Assembly: GCF_009834535.1 (NCBI RefSeq)
Contig: NC_045697.1
Coordinates: forward strand, 16,804,001 to 16,868,000
Length of the DNA stretch: 64,000 bases
From: Camelus ferus
Lineage: Eukaryota
Direction of reading: 5' to 3'
In this document: positions 11,971 to 24,535 of the stretch, one piece after another
Numbering within the stretch: the stretch's first letter is position 1
How the letters are laid out: the number at the start of each line of letters is the position of its first letter
Position numbers and translations under genes: made by a program
The notes under the pieces: model-generated
What the model saw: the letters and a program-made list of their open reading frames with translations, nothing else
Databases searched by the model: none
Told to the model about the DNA's origin: nothing

Positions 11971-13214
11971 CCGCCCTCGACCAAAATTCAGCTCATGATG
12001 ATTGACTTCTACATCATGCAAATAAATTGGGCCATGAGTCAAAAATGTTCAGAGGCTTAATAGCCAAAATGGAAATGGACACCAACCAATCAGAACCTAT
12101 TCTAGATGGCCCTGCTATAACAACTGAATCCTTTGGCTCCCAGGTCATGAGGCGACCAAGGGATTCCAAGAACAAAAGCCAGGGTGACGGGGGGATGGCA
12201 CTCCCAGGGCTCAGGCAACAGCTCCTTACCCACGAGCACTTCAGCATTTTGACAGCTGATACTGCCATGATATCAGCTGACTGTCAACCCTGATTGGATT
12301 CATCAGCATAGAGGTATCAGGGGAAAGAGTCTGGCCTAAGTCTCAGAATTTGATGGGTTACCCTCCCAAGGGTCATTGTCCTTATATGCAGCCATCATTG
12401 AGTAGAATGTCCTTAGAGGGAAAAATCCAGTTTTTGTTGGAAGAATAGAGGCAGCAGAATTATTCTGGGCTTTCAGGTTCCCTGTTTGGCATCTCCAGGC
12501 CCTAGAAGAGGGCCTGGCATCAAATAGGCACACAACCAGTATTGTGAAATAAATGAATAAGTAACTCACCAAAACTGGATTAAGTGTCAGGTCAAGGGGG
12601 AGACACAGAGAGCTAATCTATAAAGGATGTAAAGCCCTCCCTGCTGGGGAGAAAGTTAGACAGAGGGCGCTAGATGTGGAAGAAGGACAACTGTGCTAAG
12701 TTGCTCCAGGTGGAAGAATGAAACCCCCCAGCCTGCGCTCACATCGTAACAGATGCTCCGTAAACCACCATCTAAGGATGTGGGCCCAGCTAACCACAGG
12801 CCTGCTGTACGGCTGAGTGGCACATGTGAGCTTGGAGCTAGAGCTGACCTGTCTGGGGCAACAGGGGCGAGGCTGACGCTGCCTCCCCAGGGCCTCCCAC
12901 TCACTCCATCATTTTGCTGGAAGTGGTCCTGGTGCCTCTGCAGTGACAAAGTGGAGACATTGATGGATGTCAGAGACAAAGGCAGTAGCAGGCACTTTAC
13001 TGAGGGGAGGAAGTGTGGCACTGAGGATGTGGGGGGAGGATTTAGGAATGGCTTGACCCCCAGTAGGAAAAGAATGAAACGGCCCCAAGGTTGAAATCAT
13101 CCTGGAAATGTCAACACTTCAAGCCTGTGTTCAGAGTTTTCCACCTTCTGCTGCCGAGCATGCAAACAGTGACAACCAGAAGAATAATGCCTGGACTAAC
13201 ACCTGCCACCTTTC

Positions 13215-13325
13215 GCTGAGCACTCATTCTGCCCTAGGCTAAGCCTGTCTAAGCCTTTCCTCATTAAATCTTTTTAACAACCCAATAAGGAAGGTACTAT
13301 TATTATTCCATTTTATAGCTGAATG
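13215..13325 (-). mobile_element. MIR fragment
   Basis: aacaacccaataaggaaggtactattattattccattttatag. Confidence 0.7.
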
Positions 13326-14329
13326 TTAACAAGGAAACTCACTAAGGAAATCCTCAGAGCATGGCTGTTTTCCAACACCTCCTAAGGGTTTGAGATCCCA
13401 GGGTACCCCACTGAGTGTGGTTAGCACCCAGGACATTTTTTTAGATGATGTCATCGGAATTTGGATCCAAACCCTCTGTTTTATTTAAGTCCCCAAATAA
13501 GGTTTGAAATTTCTTTTCAGAGGACCATAAAGATCATTTACACTGCTTCCCGTGGCCGCAAGCAGGACCAAATCCCTCTCGGCCACACGAGTGGCTGTGA
13601 ATTTGCTGTTTGGCGTGGCAGCCCTCAGGCACCTGGCATCCATTGTGCCAGTCCATGTACACTCAGGGCAGCATATAAATAATAAATCATAGCATTTCTT
13701 ATGTTTGCTCTGCACCATCCTAGACGCCAATCATATGGTGGGGAGGAATGCCTTCTCACTGTTGACATTTAGGTGCGGCGCTGGAAAGCACTGTTTCTCC
13801 AGCTCAGCCTTCAATGTGGTTCTTTAATATCTTAAAGATCACCCTTAGCAATGACATCAACAAAGGCATAGAATTTTATCAGTACAAGCTGTAAGAAAAG
13901 AGTTCTGAAATATGAACAACCATCATCATTGATTTTTTTTTTTAAGCCTAAAGAGCATATACCACTCAAGCTATGGGGACAAAAATAAATTGCTACAGAG
14001 GGGTCATCCAAAAGAGGACTGGGGGACTCTTCCAGGTCCAACGGACGTTTTGATTTCTTTCCCCCCTCCCTTGCCTACCCAGATTCTCCAGGGAACAAAC
14101 TCATGTGGGAAAGTGATTCGGGCAAGAAGGGGTTAATACGAGCTGCCCAGTGCCCTCCATGATGCCTTAAATAATTGTCACATGGCCCCGATAATCTGTC
14201 CCATGCTGTCAGCACCGGGTTAGTCATAATAATATCAGATAAGAGCTGTTCAAAGTGACACACTAACCAACATGAGAGCCACATGACTTTCTGGCTTGGC
14301 TCCTGCCCTTCAGCTGAACTTTGGCTTAG

Positions 14330-14620
14330 AACGAAAGGCTCCCAGAGGCCGCCCCGCACATGCCGCCGCCCGGAGTGTCCGGTGGCATTTTCCGTTGCTA
14401 GGGCCTCTGTTGCTTCACAGCCCGGTGGGGGCAGCTGAGGCTCGGTGACAGGGAGGCACTGGCTCACCCCACCTCTGCTGGGGCGGCCGCTGCTGCCTTT
14501 CCCGGCCTGTGCTGGGACTCCCTGTCCCTGCCACACTTGATTAGTTTTGCAAATGCATGTGTCGCACGTTGCGCCAAGTGCCCCAGCGGGGCAACTCGGA
14601 CCCCCAAAGGGAGTCTGTGC
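14330..14620. promoter_or_regulatory. CpG-rich candidate regulatory element
   Basis: Local GC/CpG peak; RFX X-box-like CGTTGCTAGGG at 14393-14403; GC-box-like gccgccccgc. Confidence 0.4.
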
Positions 14621-14984
14621 TGGAAGGGGCAGAGGAGGAATGTGATTCCTGGCTAAGAGGACGCAAAGGTAAGGGCAGGAAGGAGGGGGGAGATAAGAAG
14701 GAACGTGGTCACCTCTGGGTGGAAGGTTACTGTGGACTGGCTCCGGTTTCTCTGTGCTTTTCTGCCGCCCTCCCCCCTCTTTTTTTTTCCCTCTAGCATG
14801 TTTTAGATTTTTAATTTGAAAAGTTGTCATTTCTTTTTTTTTTTCTTTTCCCAAGGAAAATAAAGGAAGCAAAGAATAGTGGAAAAGAGGAAGAAAGGAA
14901 GGTGACGCATTCACTCCCTGATTCATTCACAAAGAGACAGCAGAAAGGAAGGGAGAGGGGAGGTCACCTGACACTGGACTTGAG

Positions 14985-15365
14985 AACAGTTATTGGCTGT
15001 GTGCCTCTGGCGTATGGACCTCTCTCTAAGCTATACTGTCCACAGTAGTAAAATGGAATAATAATGCCTAATATACAATATTTCTGCTGTGAGGGTAAAA
15101 AGAGGTGATACGTGCTAAGTGGCTGACATGTGGAGGGCGCTAGATGAATAGGAGCCACTGGAACGTCATCAGAAATACCCAGTCCACATTCCGGCTCCAC
15201 CACTTAATCACGTGTGACCTCAGTCAAATTATTTCAACTCGAGGAGCTTCAGTCTTCTCATCTATAAAATGGGGATAATAACACCCAACTGTCAGGGTTG
15301 TTCACAGGAATTATGGGGGTCATGTTCAATGCTCAGCCAGGCACGTAGTAGGTATTCAGCAGATA
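14985..15365 (+). mobile_element. Two tandem MIR copies
   Basis: gtaaaatggaataataatgcc and cagtcttctcatctataaaatggggataata ... ggcacgtagtaggtattc. Confidence 0.8.
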
Positions 15366-15375
15366 GGAATGGTAG

Positions 15376-15401
15376 TGGTGGTGGTGGTGGTGGTGGTGGT
15401 G
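15376..15401. repeat. (TGG)n microsatellite
   Basis: Read directly. Confidence 0.95.
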
Positions 15402-15679
15402 ATAGGTAAGCAGGTAGAAAGCAAGCAAATCCATCCATTCATTCAGCAAATGGAAATCACAAGAAGTACAAGTAAAAGAAAAATTATACAAAAGTATAGG
15501 GACTGCATAACTCAAAATCAAAGGTGAGGGTCAATAAAGATGGAAAGGCTTCTAAAAAGACGCAAATCCATGAGAAGACAGAGAACATCAGAGAATGTTC
15601 TGAGTAGCACTAATCATACTTTCTTTAGTTGAAAATTACCTCGCCCACCTTCCTTCTGCCTTCAGGGAAGTCATATGTT

Positions 15680-15755
15680 ATTCTTCCCATTTTACAGATT
15701 GAAGCTCAGAGATATGTAATGACTTTTCCAGGATCACACAGATAGTAAGTAGCAT
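15680..15755 (-). mobile_element. MIR core fragment
   Basis: cccattttacagattgaagctcagag..gactt..ccaggatcacacagatagtaagt. Confidence 0.8.
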
Positions 15756-16499
15756 AAGGGGGCCTAACTTGGAGCAAGTGCCCGACTGTGCTCTTTTAGG
15801 AAAGACAACTGGGTAAGAAAAAGCGTAACAAACATCCCATGTAATTAAAGAAACATTAGCAACTAAATGAAAGGCAATAAATGGCAGTGGACAAAAATTC
15901 CTATTTACAGCAGGGAAAATGGAACAGAAAATAGTTTTTTTTTTTTAAATAAATACAAACAGTATTTTGACAAAGTGAACATTTTAACAATGAGAAATAA
16001 AAATTGTATTTAGTAGAAAGATATCTATTGGAGGTAAATCAAGGAAGCTAGAATTTCATGGAGAAACCTACGTAGGAAGGATTCCTATGTGAAAGGGGAA
16101 AGCTAGACTTCGCCTGCTGATGTGCCACATCTGACTACTCAGGGGCTGCACATGCTAAGATCTCCCTGACAAAGGCTATATAGTAACTTGTTCTGCAGAA
16201 GGGAAAGCGACCAGCATGTGAGGTCTAGGAATCCAAGTCTTGCTGGTTCTAGGCTAACATTAGGTGCTTCCACAAGAGAGAACACTTGTGTGGGCACACT
16301 CTTCCCTACCAGTGGTGGCTCTAAGGGAATAAAATCAGAAAACCCCAAAGCTAAAGCAAAGCTCAACAGGAAGGAATGGAGCCATTACCTGGAGTTTCTT
16401 CCCAATTATTCTGATGCCAAAATGTCTGAGAGCTCTGGGAGTTATTTTTTAAGTGGGGGCCATTCCCTTTCCAGAAGCCAGGGGGTGCACTAGAGCAGA

Positions 16500-16688
16500 A
16501 AACAATCAGATGAGGAAGTCGGCCTCTTGCTTTTGCCACTCAAGAGCCACGTGGACTTGGGCCCGTCCCTGCAGCTCACCACCTCCATCTTTCTTTCCCC
16601 AGAGGTGAAAAGGAAGTTTTCAGGGTTGTTTCAAGGATTAAATGAGATAGTATAGAAGCGCCTGGCACATTGTAAATTATCAATACTG
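16500..16688 (+). mobile_element. MIR SINE
   Basis: cagggttgtttcaaggattaaatgagata..gcgcctggcacattgtaa. Confidence 0.75.
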
Positions 16689-17189
16689 TAATTTTCCCTC
16701 TGTTTCCAGGAGCATGTGTTTGCAGCTTCCCCGTCACACAAAAGTGCCATAGGGTGGGCTGACTCTCACCGGCCCATCCCACACTGGTTGGTAGCTTATG
16801 ACGCTTAAGCAAGAGAAATTAATATGAAAATAGATGACAGAGCATGGGCAGAAAGGGAAGAAACATGATTCAGTATTAAGGAGAACAGCCTCCTGGCTGG
16901 CACACTCTGAGGCAGAAAGCATTTTATTACAGCTCCCTGGCTGTAGTTCACGAGTACTAGTCTTGCCTACACCATGAGTATAAATCATCCCTGCCCACTC
17001 CATAATAAGCATAAGGACTGACTTGCGTAGGGCTTTACTGAGAAGGCATTTTCATAGCCATTATTTAATCATTCATGTGACACTGGGTGCCAGCAGCTTG
17101 TGACCACTCATCCACCAGTGGTGGGCAAAGCAAGTCTTTCTTTAGTCATGTCGAGAGATGAGCACCAACTGTATTTGGAGAAGATGTGA

Positions 17190-17810
17190 TGTGCCCTGTG
17201 TGGTCTGACAAAGATACCCCCCAACATCCCTAGCTATGTAGACCCCTCCTCTGGAGACAGGTGAACAAATTGTCATGGAGATAAGGCGACTCCTGGAAAA
17301 AGAAATGGGAAGGTCTCCCTTAATGTTCAGTGTTATTGGAATCTCGCTATTAGAATGATGCAATCTCAATTAAGTTCCCAGAGACGACCCATATGAAGGG
17401 GAGGGAGCCTAGCTGGGTGACACTGGGAAGGGTGGATTGGGTTGAGACTGGACATCCACCCAGAGTCTGCTCCCCTGTCCTGGTGTGATGCTATGAGGAT
17501 CACCAGCTCAGCACACGAGTGTGGTGAGAGAATGGGGCAAGCTGGAGCCCAAGCCAGGGGACACCACTGGGGCTGCATGGAGCTCTGCAGCAACAAAGGC
17601 CCCTGCAGAGCAAAGAACTGGCCTCCGCTGTGCCATGCAGGGTCATCATCTAACAGTGACACTGTGTGGCAGCAGGAGAAGTGGCAGTGCTAGCAGAAAG
17701 CATGGCGTCCACTTGTCCCGCTAGCCTGGTGTTTAAAAAAAAAAAGGCTAGATCCTCTAGACTAAATAAAACCTAGTTATCTGGAACAATTAGGGTTGGG
17801 ATCTGTGGGA
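17190..17810 (+). mobile_element. Possible ancient LTR remnant
   Basis: LTR-like composition ending with aataaaacctagttatctgg; family not recognised. Confidence 0.3.
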
Positions 17811-17989
17811 TGGTGGGGAGACTTCAGGAAGACAGTTTCAATTTCCTGCAACACTGGCACCTGAGACACTCTGTTGATAAATAACAACAAGAAACATAAC
17901 TATGTGGACCTTGCTGCTGAAGCCGGTCACCCTGTTTATGTTCACAACTACTGGTCGAGCAGCAACTCTGGGCGAGACGCTATAATACA

Positions 17990-18110
17990 GGCAGGAAAGT
18001 TATTATTAGTCCCAATTTATAGATGAAGAAACTGAGGCTTATTTAGGTTAGTGGCTTGCCAACAACCCCAGTTCCAGGAAATGAATGAGCAGGTTCCTTT
18101 TCCAAAGGAA
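17990..18110 (-). mobile_element. MIR core
   Basis: cccaatttatagatgaagaaactgaggctt..gttagtggcttgcc. Confidence 0.85.
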
Positions 18111-18874
18111 GTGATTCTAGGTAAACAAGAAACACTTTCTTTCCTTTGGGACAAAGGTGGAATCTCCCACCAGACATTGTGGAGTTGTCTCTGCATGTGA
18201 GGCTGCATCATTGTCACAAAGATTCCCTGTCTTTTCTGCTCCCCTACATGTACTTTGGCAGAAACCAAGCTCGAGGTTCTGCTCACATGCTTGTGGTTTG
18301 GCTCCCAGCTACGGATCACATTCTCTGCTCTACAAGCAAAGCCAAGGATCTTTCTTGCAACATACTACTGGTGTCCTGGTACCACCCCCTGAGAGAGCTG
18401 TCTACAATACCCACGTGCCCAGGAGGTGGGGTGGGCGGGATCAGGCACTGGCAACCAGAACATCCAGCAGGAAGAGATTATGCCTACTCTTTCCCCCACT
18501 GCGTTTTCTGAGAGTCACAGATTCACAGATTTGACCATTGATCCATTGATAAATACAGCACACATTCAGGAACTCTCCCAGGTGAAATTAAAGAGAAACA
18601 ACATAGGTAGTTTCTACTATATCAATTTTGGCTTTTTTTTTTTCTTTTTTTTTTTGCTTACACATTTTGGCAGAGAAAGAGCAGATAATCCTGCATCTCT
18701 GGCTCACAGGTACTCTTCCCAGCTTTATCATCGTAATGAAAATGTTAGTCAATAGCAAATTTTGTATCAGGGCCACTTATCACACAACTCAAAGTGATGC
18801 CATTTACATAGAAAACAATGTTGAATGATGCCCCCCAGAGGTGTGCAATATGGCTGTTTCTACAGAATACTTTC

Positions 18875-19100
18875 CTTAAGCCAGGCACCAAAATGATTTA
18901 CATGAGTATCTTATTGTAATATAATGACAAACCATGTGGTAGGCGCTAGTACCTGTCTTACAGACAAGGAAACAAATGGGTATTGAGAGTTTAAATGATT
19001 TGCCTATGATAACACAGCTAGTAAATCTAGCTAAGTTACAAAAGCAGGATTCAAACTCACGACTGTCTGAGTCCAAAGCCCATGGTGTTAGGTGTTTCAC
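18875..19100 (-). mobile_element. MIR SINE
   Basis: ttacagacaaggaaac ... acacagctagtaaat ... ggattcaaactc..ctgtctgagtccaaagcc. Confidence 0.85.
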
Positions 19101-19444
19101 TGCCCTAGCTGATGCCGTGACATAACAGTTAGACATGAACCTTTAAGAAAGAATTACAAAGCTGGTTAGTATATAAATGTTAACCCTATATGTAAGCTGA
19201 TCTTTAACTCTCTTTTCAGAACGGTGAAGGGGCAAATGGATTAAGCTTTCTTGCCTTCTTAACATGTAAGACCTTTTTAGAGCATCTGTTTAATTTAGTG
19301 AATATTAAGTATTGATATTACTGCGTATTAATTCATGCCCACATCCAGAAAAAAATTTAATTGATTTTATTTAATTTAAAGTGATAAGGCAATATCATCA
19401 CAAAGCCTTTAGATACAACTGATCCATCAATAATTCAAGAGTTA

Positions 19445-19630
19445 ATAACAAAAGCTAGTACACACTGAGTACCTACTACATATTTGGTACAGTTCTAAGT
19501 CATTTCCATAGCATGTCTCATCCCCAAGACACCCTTATAATGTAAGTACTATAGTTAGTCCTACTTACACAAATATTTTAGGGAGCCAAGATCTGAACTG
19601 GGCAATCTGGCTCTGGGGTCTACTCTACTG
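19445..19630 (-). mobile_element. MIR fragment
   Basis: actgagtacctactac..ggtacagttctaag ... gagccaagatctgaac. Confidence 0.6.
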
Positions 19631-20839
19631 ACTCAAAGATCTGAAGGATAGAGATCTTAAGACATGGAAGGCAGCAAAAGGAGACAACAGGGGTAATCAT
19701 ATAGAAACAAGAAAGAAACAGGATCCCAGAACAGGATAAAGCAGCAGCTTTTGCATGCACTAGACATCAAAAGCATAGACTTCTTGATAATGCCCAAGAA
19801 TGAGGAGGCACTTTCTGTGCTAAGTCACTAAGACCAGAGACCAAGGACAGCACCATAAAGCGCAGTCGTCACAGCAACAAACCACAAGCTTCATGATCCC
19901 CAGCAGGACGCAGCTCTTTCAATCACACCTCAGTTTTACATAGAAGAGAGAGGAGAGAGGGCAGGAGAAACCATAAGATTGTAATATCCCCAATGTAGCT
20001 TCCACTGATTTATCCTACTTTTGCTTGCCTCTATGGTGACATTCATCTTTCATCCACTGGGGTGGTCTTTATCTCACCAACACAGGGAGCTCATGCAATG
20101 TATGCTGCTGTATTCAAAAGTGCTGTTGATCCCATCTGAACCAGGAAACTGAGTCAGAAAGTTCCACCATCTTCTGCCCAAAGTTAAAACTTGGCACTAA
20201 GCCAGAGGTAAAATCATGGGTTATACCTGACTCCCAGTTCCCAGCCCGCAGCTTCCCTGTGCTTTTCACTGGAGAAAAATATAGTTAACCCCAATGTAAA
20301 TTCTACTGACTCCCTTCAACATATTTTTTTTCTACTAAAATAAGTTAATTTCAATAGTTGTACTTCTTCCAGAAAGTTGAGATGGTATTGCCAACTGTCC
20401 AACCATGGAGCATACCCTTACTCATTGGATGCTCATTATCCCATTACCCTGCAAGCCTGAACTGGCTAGTAGATCTCTACCAGAGACAGAAATGATCTCA
20501 CTGTCTCTCTCTCCCCAGGAGGAAGAACAGAGCTGTTTGTGGTAGTATTTTCTGCCCCATCATCACAGTCCACTCAATTATACAACTCATCATTTAGGAT
20601 CAGTCCCTTTTCACAGTGTCCCAAAGGGCTGTGCCTTGACAAACATCCCATTCATCTCAATAGAACTTAGAAAAGTCAGAATAATACACATAAGCACAAC
20701 TGAGCTTGATGGCAGGTCCAAAAGAAACTATCTAATGTTGTGGCCCGTGGGAGGTTTGGAATGGTCACCACATATCCCATGAGACTGAGGTTATGAAAAT
20801 AAGGAAAGTGGAAGAGTTGCACAGAGACAGGAAAATCAC

Positions 20840-20863
20840 AAAAAAAAAAAAAAAAAAAAAAAA
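20840..20863. repeat. A24 homopolymer
   Basis: Read directly. Confidence 0.95.
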
Positions 20864-21054
20864 GGCTAAATACAGTTTCTGGTTCTTGCCAAGGGTTTCA
20901 TTTCAGCACCTCTAGTATCCTGAGTAAGAACTGTTACAGAGAAAGTCTCAGGCACCATGAAAAGTCCCTCTTTGGAAGGTAGAGTCACCAAGTGACACTT
21001 CTTCACTTAAAAAGAAAAATGCACATCTTTTCCTGGTCCAGCCACTCTCCAGGT

Positions 21055-21330
21055 CATTCATTTATTCATTCTTTCATTAAATCATTGTGCACTTAGTACA
21101 TGTCGTATGTTATGCTAGGTAGTCACTGGAGGATACAATGACAAATAAGACATGCCTTCGAGGAGCTTGCAGTAGAGTCAGAAAAACAGACTCTAAAAAA
21201 CTGATAAAGATGCAGGATGCTAAGGGAGCAGAGAGAGGACTACTACTAAAAATGACAAGGAAGGCGTCCTTGAAGATATGATGTAAAGCATCATGAACAA
21301 TGAAGACGAGTGCAATGAACTCAGAGAAAG
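21055..21330 (-). mobile_element. L2 3' fragment
   Basis: cattcatttattcattc ... actggaggatacaatgacaaataagaca..ggagcttgcagt. Confidence 0.75.
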
Positions 21331-22369
21331 ACACTCAGGGAGTGGTAATATCATGACCCCTTTCATTAGGTAGGGATCACTAGGAGGGAAAAAAACGAGG
21401 TTTGAGGATGAAGGTTAAAAGCAAAAACCAGAAAAGTGATGAGAGACAATGTGAGGGAAGTGAACCTTCCTCCCAGCCCTCTAGGACATCACTTCCATGT
21501 AGAAGAAGTCAGAGCTGCGAGGAGACAGTGTGTCTGCTGCCCAGCAAAGGTCGGCCTTTGGCAGTGAGAAGGCATCCTGTGGCTGCCCCGGCGGGTGCCC
21601 CCTTGGAGTCAGGGAGAAGCCTCCACAGCTGCTCTTGCTCAGAGGCTCATCAAGGCTATTTTGGGCTGGATGGGGTCCATGGTGATGATTGCCTGGCCAG
21701 GGCAGCTTACCCAGTGTTACTTTTCAGCATCTCTGCTTTCCTTGCCATTTAGCTCTGTACCATACAATTACTCAGATAAGGAAAAAAAAATCAAAAAGGA
21801 AGAAGAACATGACTACATCTTATTTTTAGTCCTCAAATCAATGGTGGCAATGTCCTCTGCATTTCAATAGAAATTTTGCATCTCAAAATCCTCCAAAATA
21901 AAGCATAGTAAACATATTAAAATCCATAATGACATTTTTTTCTGTGCTGTTTCAAAATACATTTGTTTGTTTTGAAATACCAAAATGGCTCAGCCCAAAT
22001 TAAAGACTAATTCATTGACAGATGGGCAAAAATAATGTATAAAAGCAATAAGCATCCTCAGAAATGTGTGCCTCACCTGACTGCTCTCTAGGTCAAAGAA
22101 TAATTTAAAAATAACAACTTTTTTTAAAAAAATTTCAATACAATCTCCTTCTAAAAAATCCAAACCACATTTCAAAGATGATCTTGGTCACAGGATTCTA
22201 CTGTTGTTGGGACTCCCAGAGATTTTTCTATTTTTGCCCTGTGTGAACATTCTCTGGGAAATGAATTTCTAGCCCATTTGAATATGAGAGAAGGAAAGGA
22301 CCAGCAGGTAACTCACTAATAAATGCCACAAGCCCAGAAGTTAGCGACAGCCTCGCTTCAACACTAATG

Positions 22370-22520
22370 ATGTCTACTATTTAACCAATTATGTGCAGAC
22401 ACTAATGCTGAGAACCTTACATGCAACATAATTTAACTCTCACAATTACTCTAGAGAAGTTGATAAGACCCTAGGTTTACCTATGAGAACACTGAGGCTA
22501 AAGGAAACATAACTTGTAAG
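22370..22520 (-). mobile_element. MIR fragment
   Basis: atttaactctcacaa ... tttacctatgagaacactgaggct. Confidence 0.65.
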
Positions 22521-22804
22521 GGAGGAACATAGTAAGAACCTTTAGAGTCTGATCTTTAAAAAAAAAAAAAATCACGCTACCTCTTAACAAGGAAAAAAAT
22601 CACTCTCATTAATTTAAGCTATCTCTTCTCATCTTCCTCATTTGGAAGTGGTCAGAATCTGCAATGAACATGTTTATGGATTTGAAAATATATCTTAATT
22701 CTTTTGCCTGCCTAAAATCTTCCCTAGAACTCCAAGTTGGTCTCAGTTTCTAAAATGTAATTAGTGATATAGTGATTTACCAGAACCTGTAAAAATGGTC
22801 TCTC

Positions 22805-23130
22805 TTCATTCAGTAATTAATTTACAAAACATGTTATCAAGTGCCTCTTTGTGCCATGCACTCCTCTGTTTATCCACAGAGGTGAAAGAATACTATTCCT
22901 GTCTTGAGGAACTGAAGAGACATGTAATAAATGTTGCAGCAATGTAACAAATTCCATCTAATAACAGAGAACTAAGGAAGGGACTACACGGAACATGATA
23001 GAGAAAGTGCCAACTCTTCCATTAGCTTTGGGGAAACTTCCAGAAGGAGGTGACATTTCATTTAAGTCTAAAAGCAGAGTTGAAATTTCTCAGATGATCT
23101 CAATAGGCAATTGTCAAAGGAGGGAGGACA
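22805..23130 (-). mobile_element. L2 fragment
   Basis: gtgcctctttgtgcca ... ggaaacttccagaaggaggtgacattt. Confidence 0.65.
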
Positions 23131-24459
23131 GGTTGAAGCACATTGTAGATTTCCATCTGAGAACATGCTTTGGTTCCCGCTGTCATGTGAATAACAAATA
23201 AACGAAAGAGAAACATCTAATTTTCACTGACTCTACCTGCTCATGATAATACCAAATGAATAGTAACTGTATGGGAGCAGCATATGCAGTATCAGTAGCC
23301 TGAAACCAGATGACAGCAGAATTAATCCATGAGATGTTTTCATCTCATTAGTTCAAGTGCATGTGTGTGTACTGTTATTACTATTTTTGCTTTGTTTTTG
23401 TTTCGTAATTAATTCATGGAATTGTCTTGTTTTGTAGGGCGTTCTGACAAATTAGACACGGACCTCACAAAGAGTCACCCTGTAAGATCTAATTCTAATT
23501 TACCAGGATCTTTCTTGGTTAAAGCCCCAGCATAAGATTATTCCCCTCCAGACTCTAGAACACAACTTAGCTCAGTATGACAGGGATGAACTTTAAAGCC
23601 TAGATGTAAAGTACTGTCCCCAAACCGTAGGCTAAAATGTAGAATGACTTATGAAATTAATGTTCGTTAAACAAAGACTTTGACAGACATAGAAATCTGA
23701 ATCACTGAAAATAATTTTTAATGCCTTATGTCTAAAATGGATTAACCAATCCATATAGCTTTGTAAGAGAGAAAGTAAAAAATCTAACTTATAGGTTAGA
23801 ATTAGATAGCCATCAGACTGGATCACACGGGCCACTGATATAAATAAAGAATTTCAGGATTACCTTCTAAAATGGAAATAATGACCCACCTTTAACTGGT
23901 CCCTGAAGAGACTCCTGAACTCCACAGACAGAATATATATTCCATTTCACACATACCCATTTTAGAAAGGAGAATGGCTCTCATGATGGATTCCCATGTC
24001 AGAGGGCACCTAGTGCTGCCTTTTGGAGCAGGAATTCTGATGCAAGGCTTTTCTAGCTTTATGGGGGCCATGTACAGTCTTAGGGCACAGTGTTGCCACT
24101 AAGTGGGCTTCATATCCATCGATCCTTCCAGGTATTATTTCCCTGGACACATGTTGGGTGTCATCACTAAAAAAAATCCTTGCATGAACCCAAGCCACAA
24201 CTCTGACCACCGCTACTATTACATTATAAACAATGACTATAATATCATTCCTTTTCCTGTTTACCTGTACTTCTAAGAATGATTTTAATTGGATCTGGAG
24301 ACTAAAACACTGCCATTGTTTCAGAGAATGGCCAGAGTTCTTTGTCCTCTGTTCTTTAAGCTGGGCAAAGCTTTTAGCTCTAAAATCAACAATCCAAGAA
24401 TACGATGTAATATGAGCAGATGGAGTCTTTTCTACTGCAGAAGACAATGTATTGCCAAA

Positions 24460-24535
24460 AAGCAAAAGCAAAGAAGAAGGGGGGAGGGGAAGGAGGAGGA
24501 AGAGGAAAAGGCAGGAAGAAGAAGAGGAGGGGAAC
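24460..24535. repeat. GA-rich low-complexity tract
   Basis: Nearly pure purine run, read directly. Confidence 0.85.

Noticed and set aside
14075..14926. 283-aa ORF, the longest in the track
   Set aside because: Runs through low-complexity and GC-rich regulatory-like DNA; no recognisable domain or exon boundaries.
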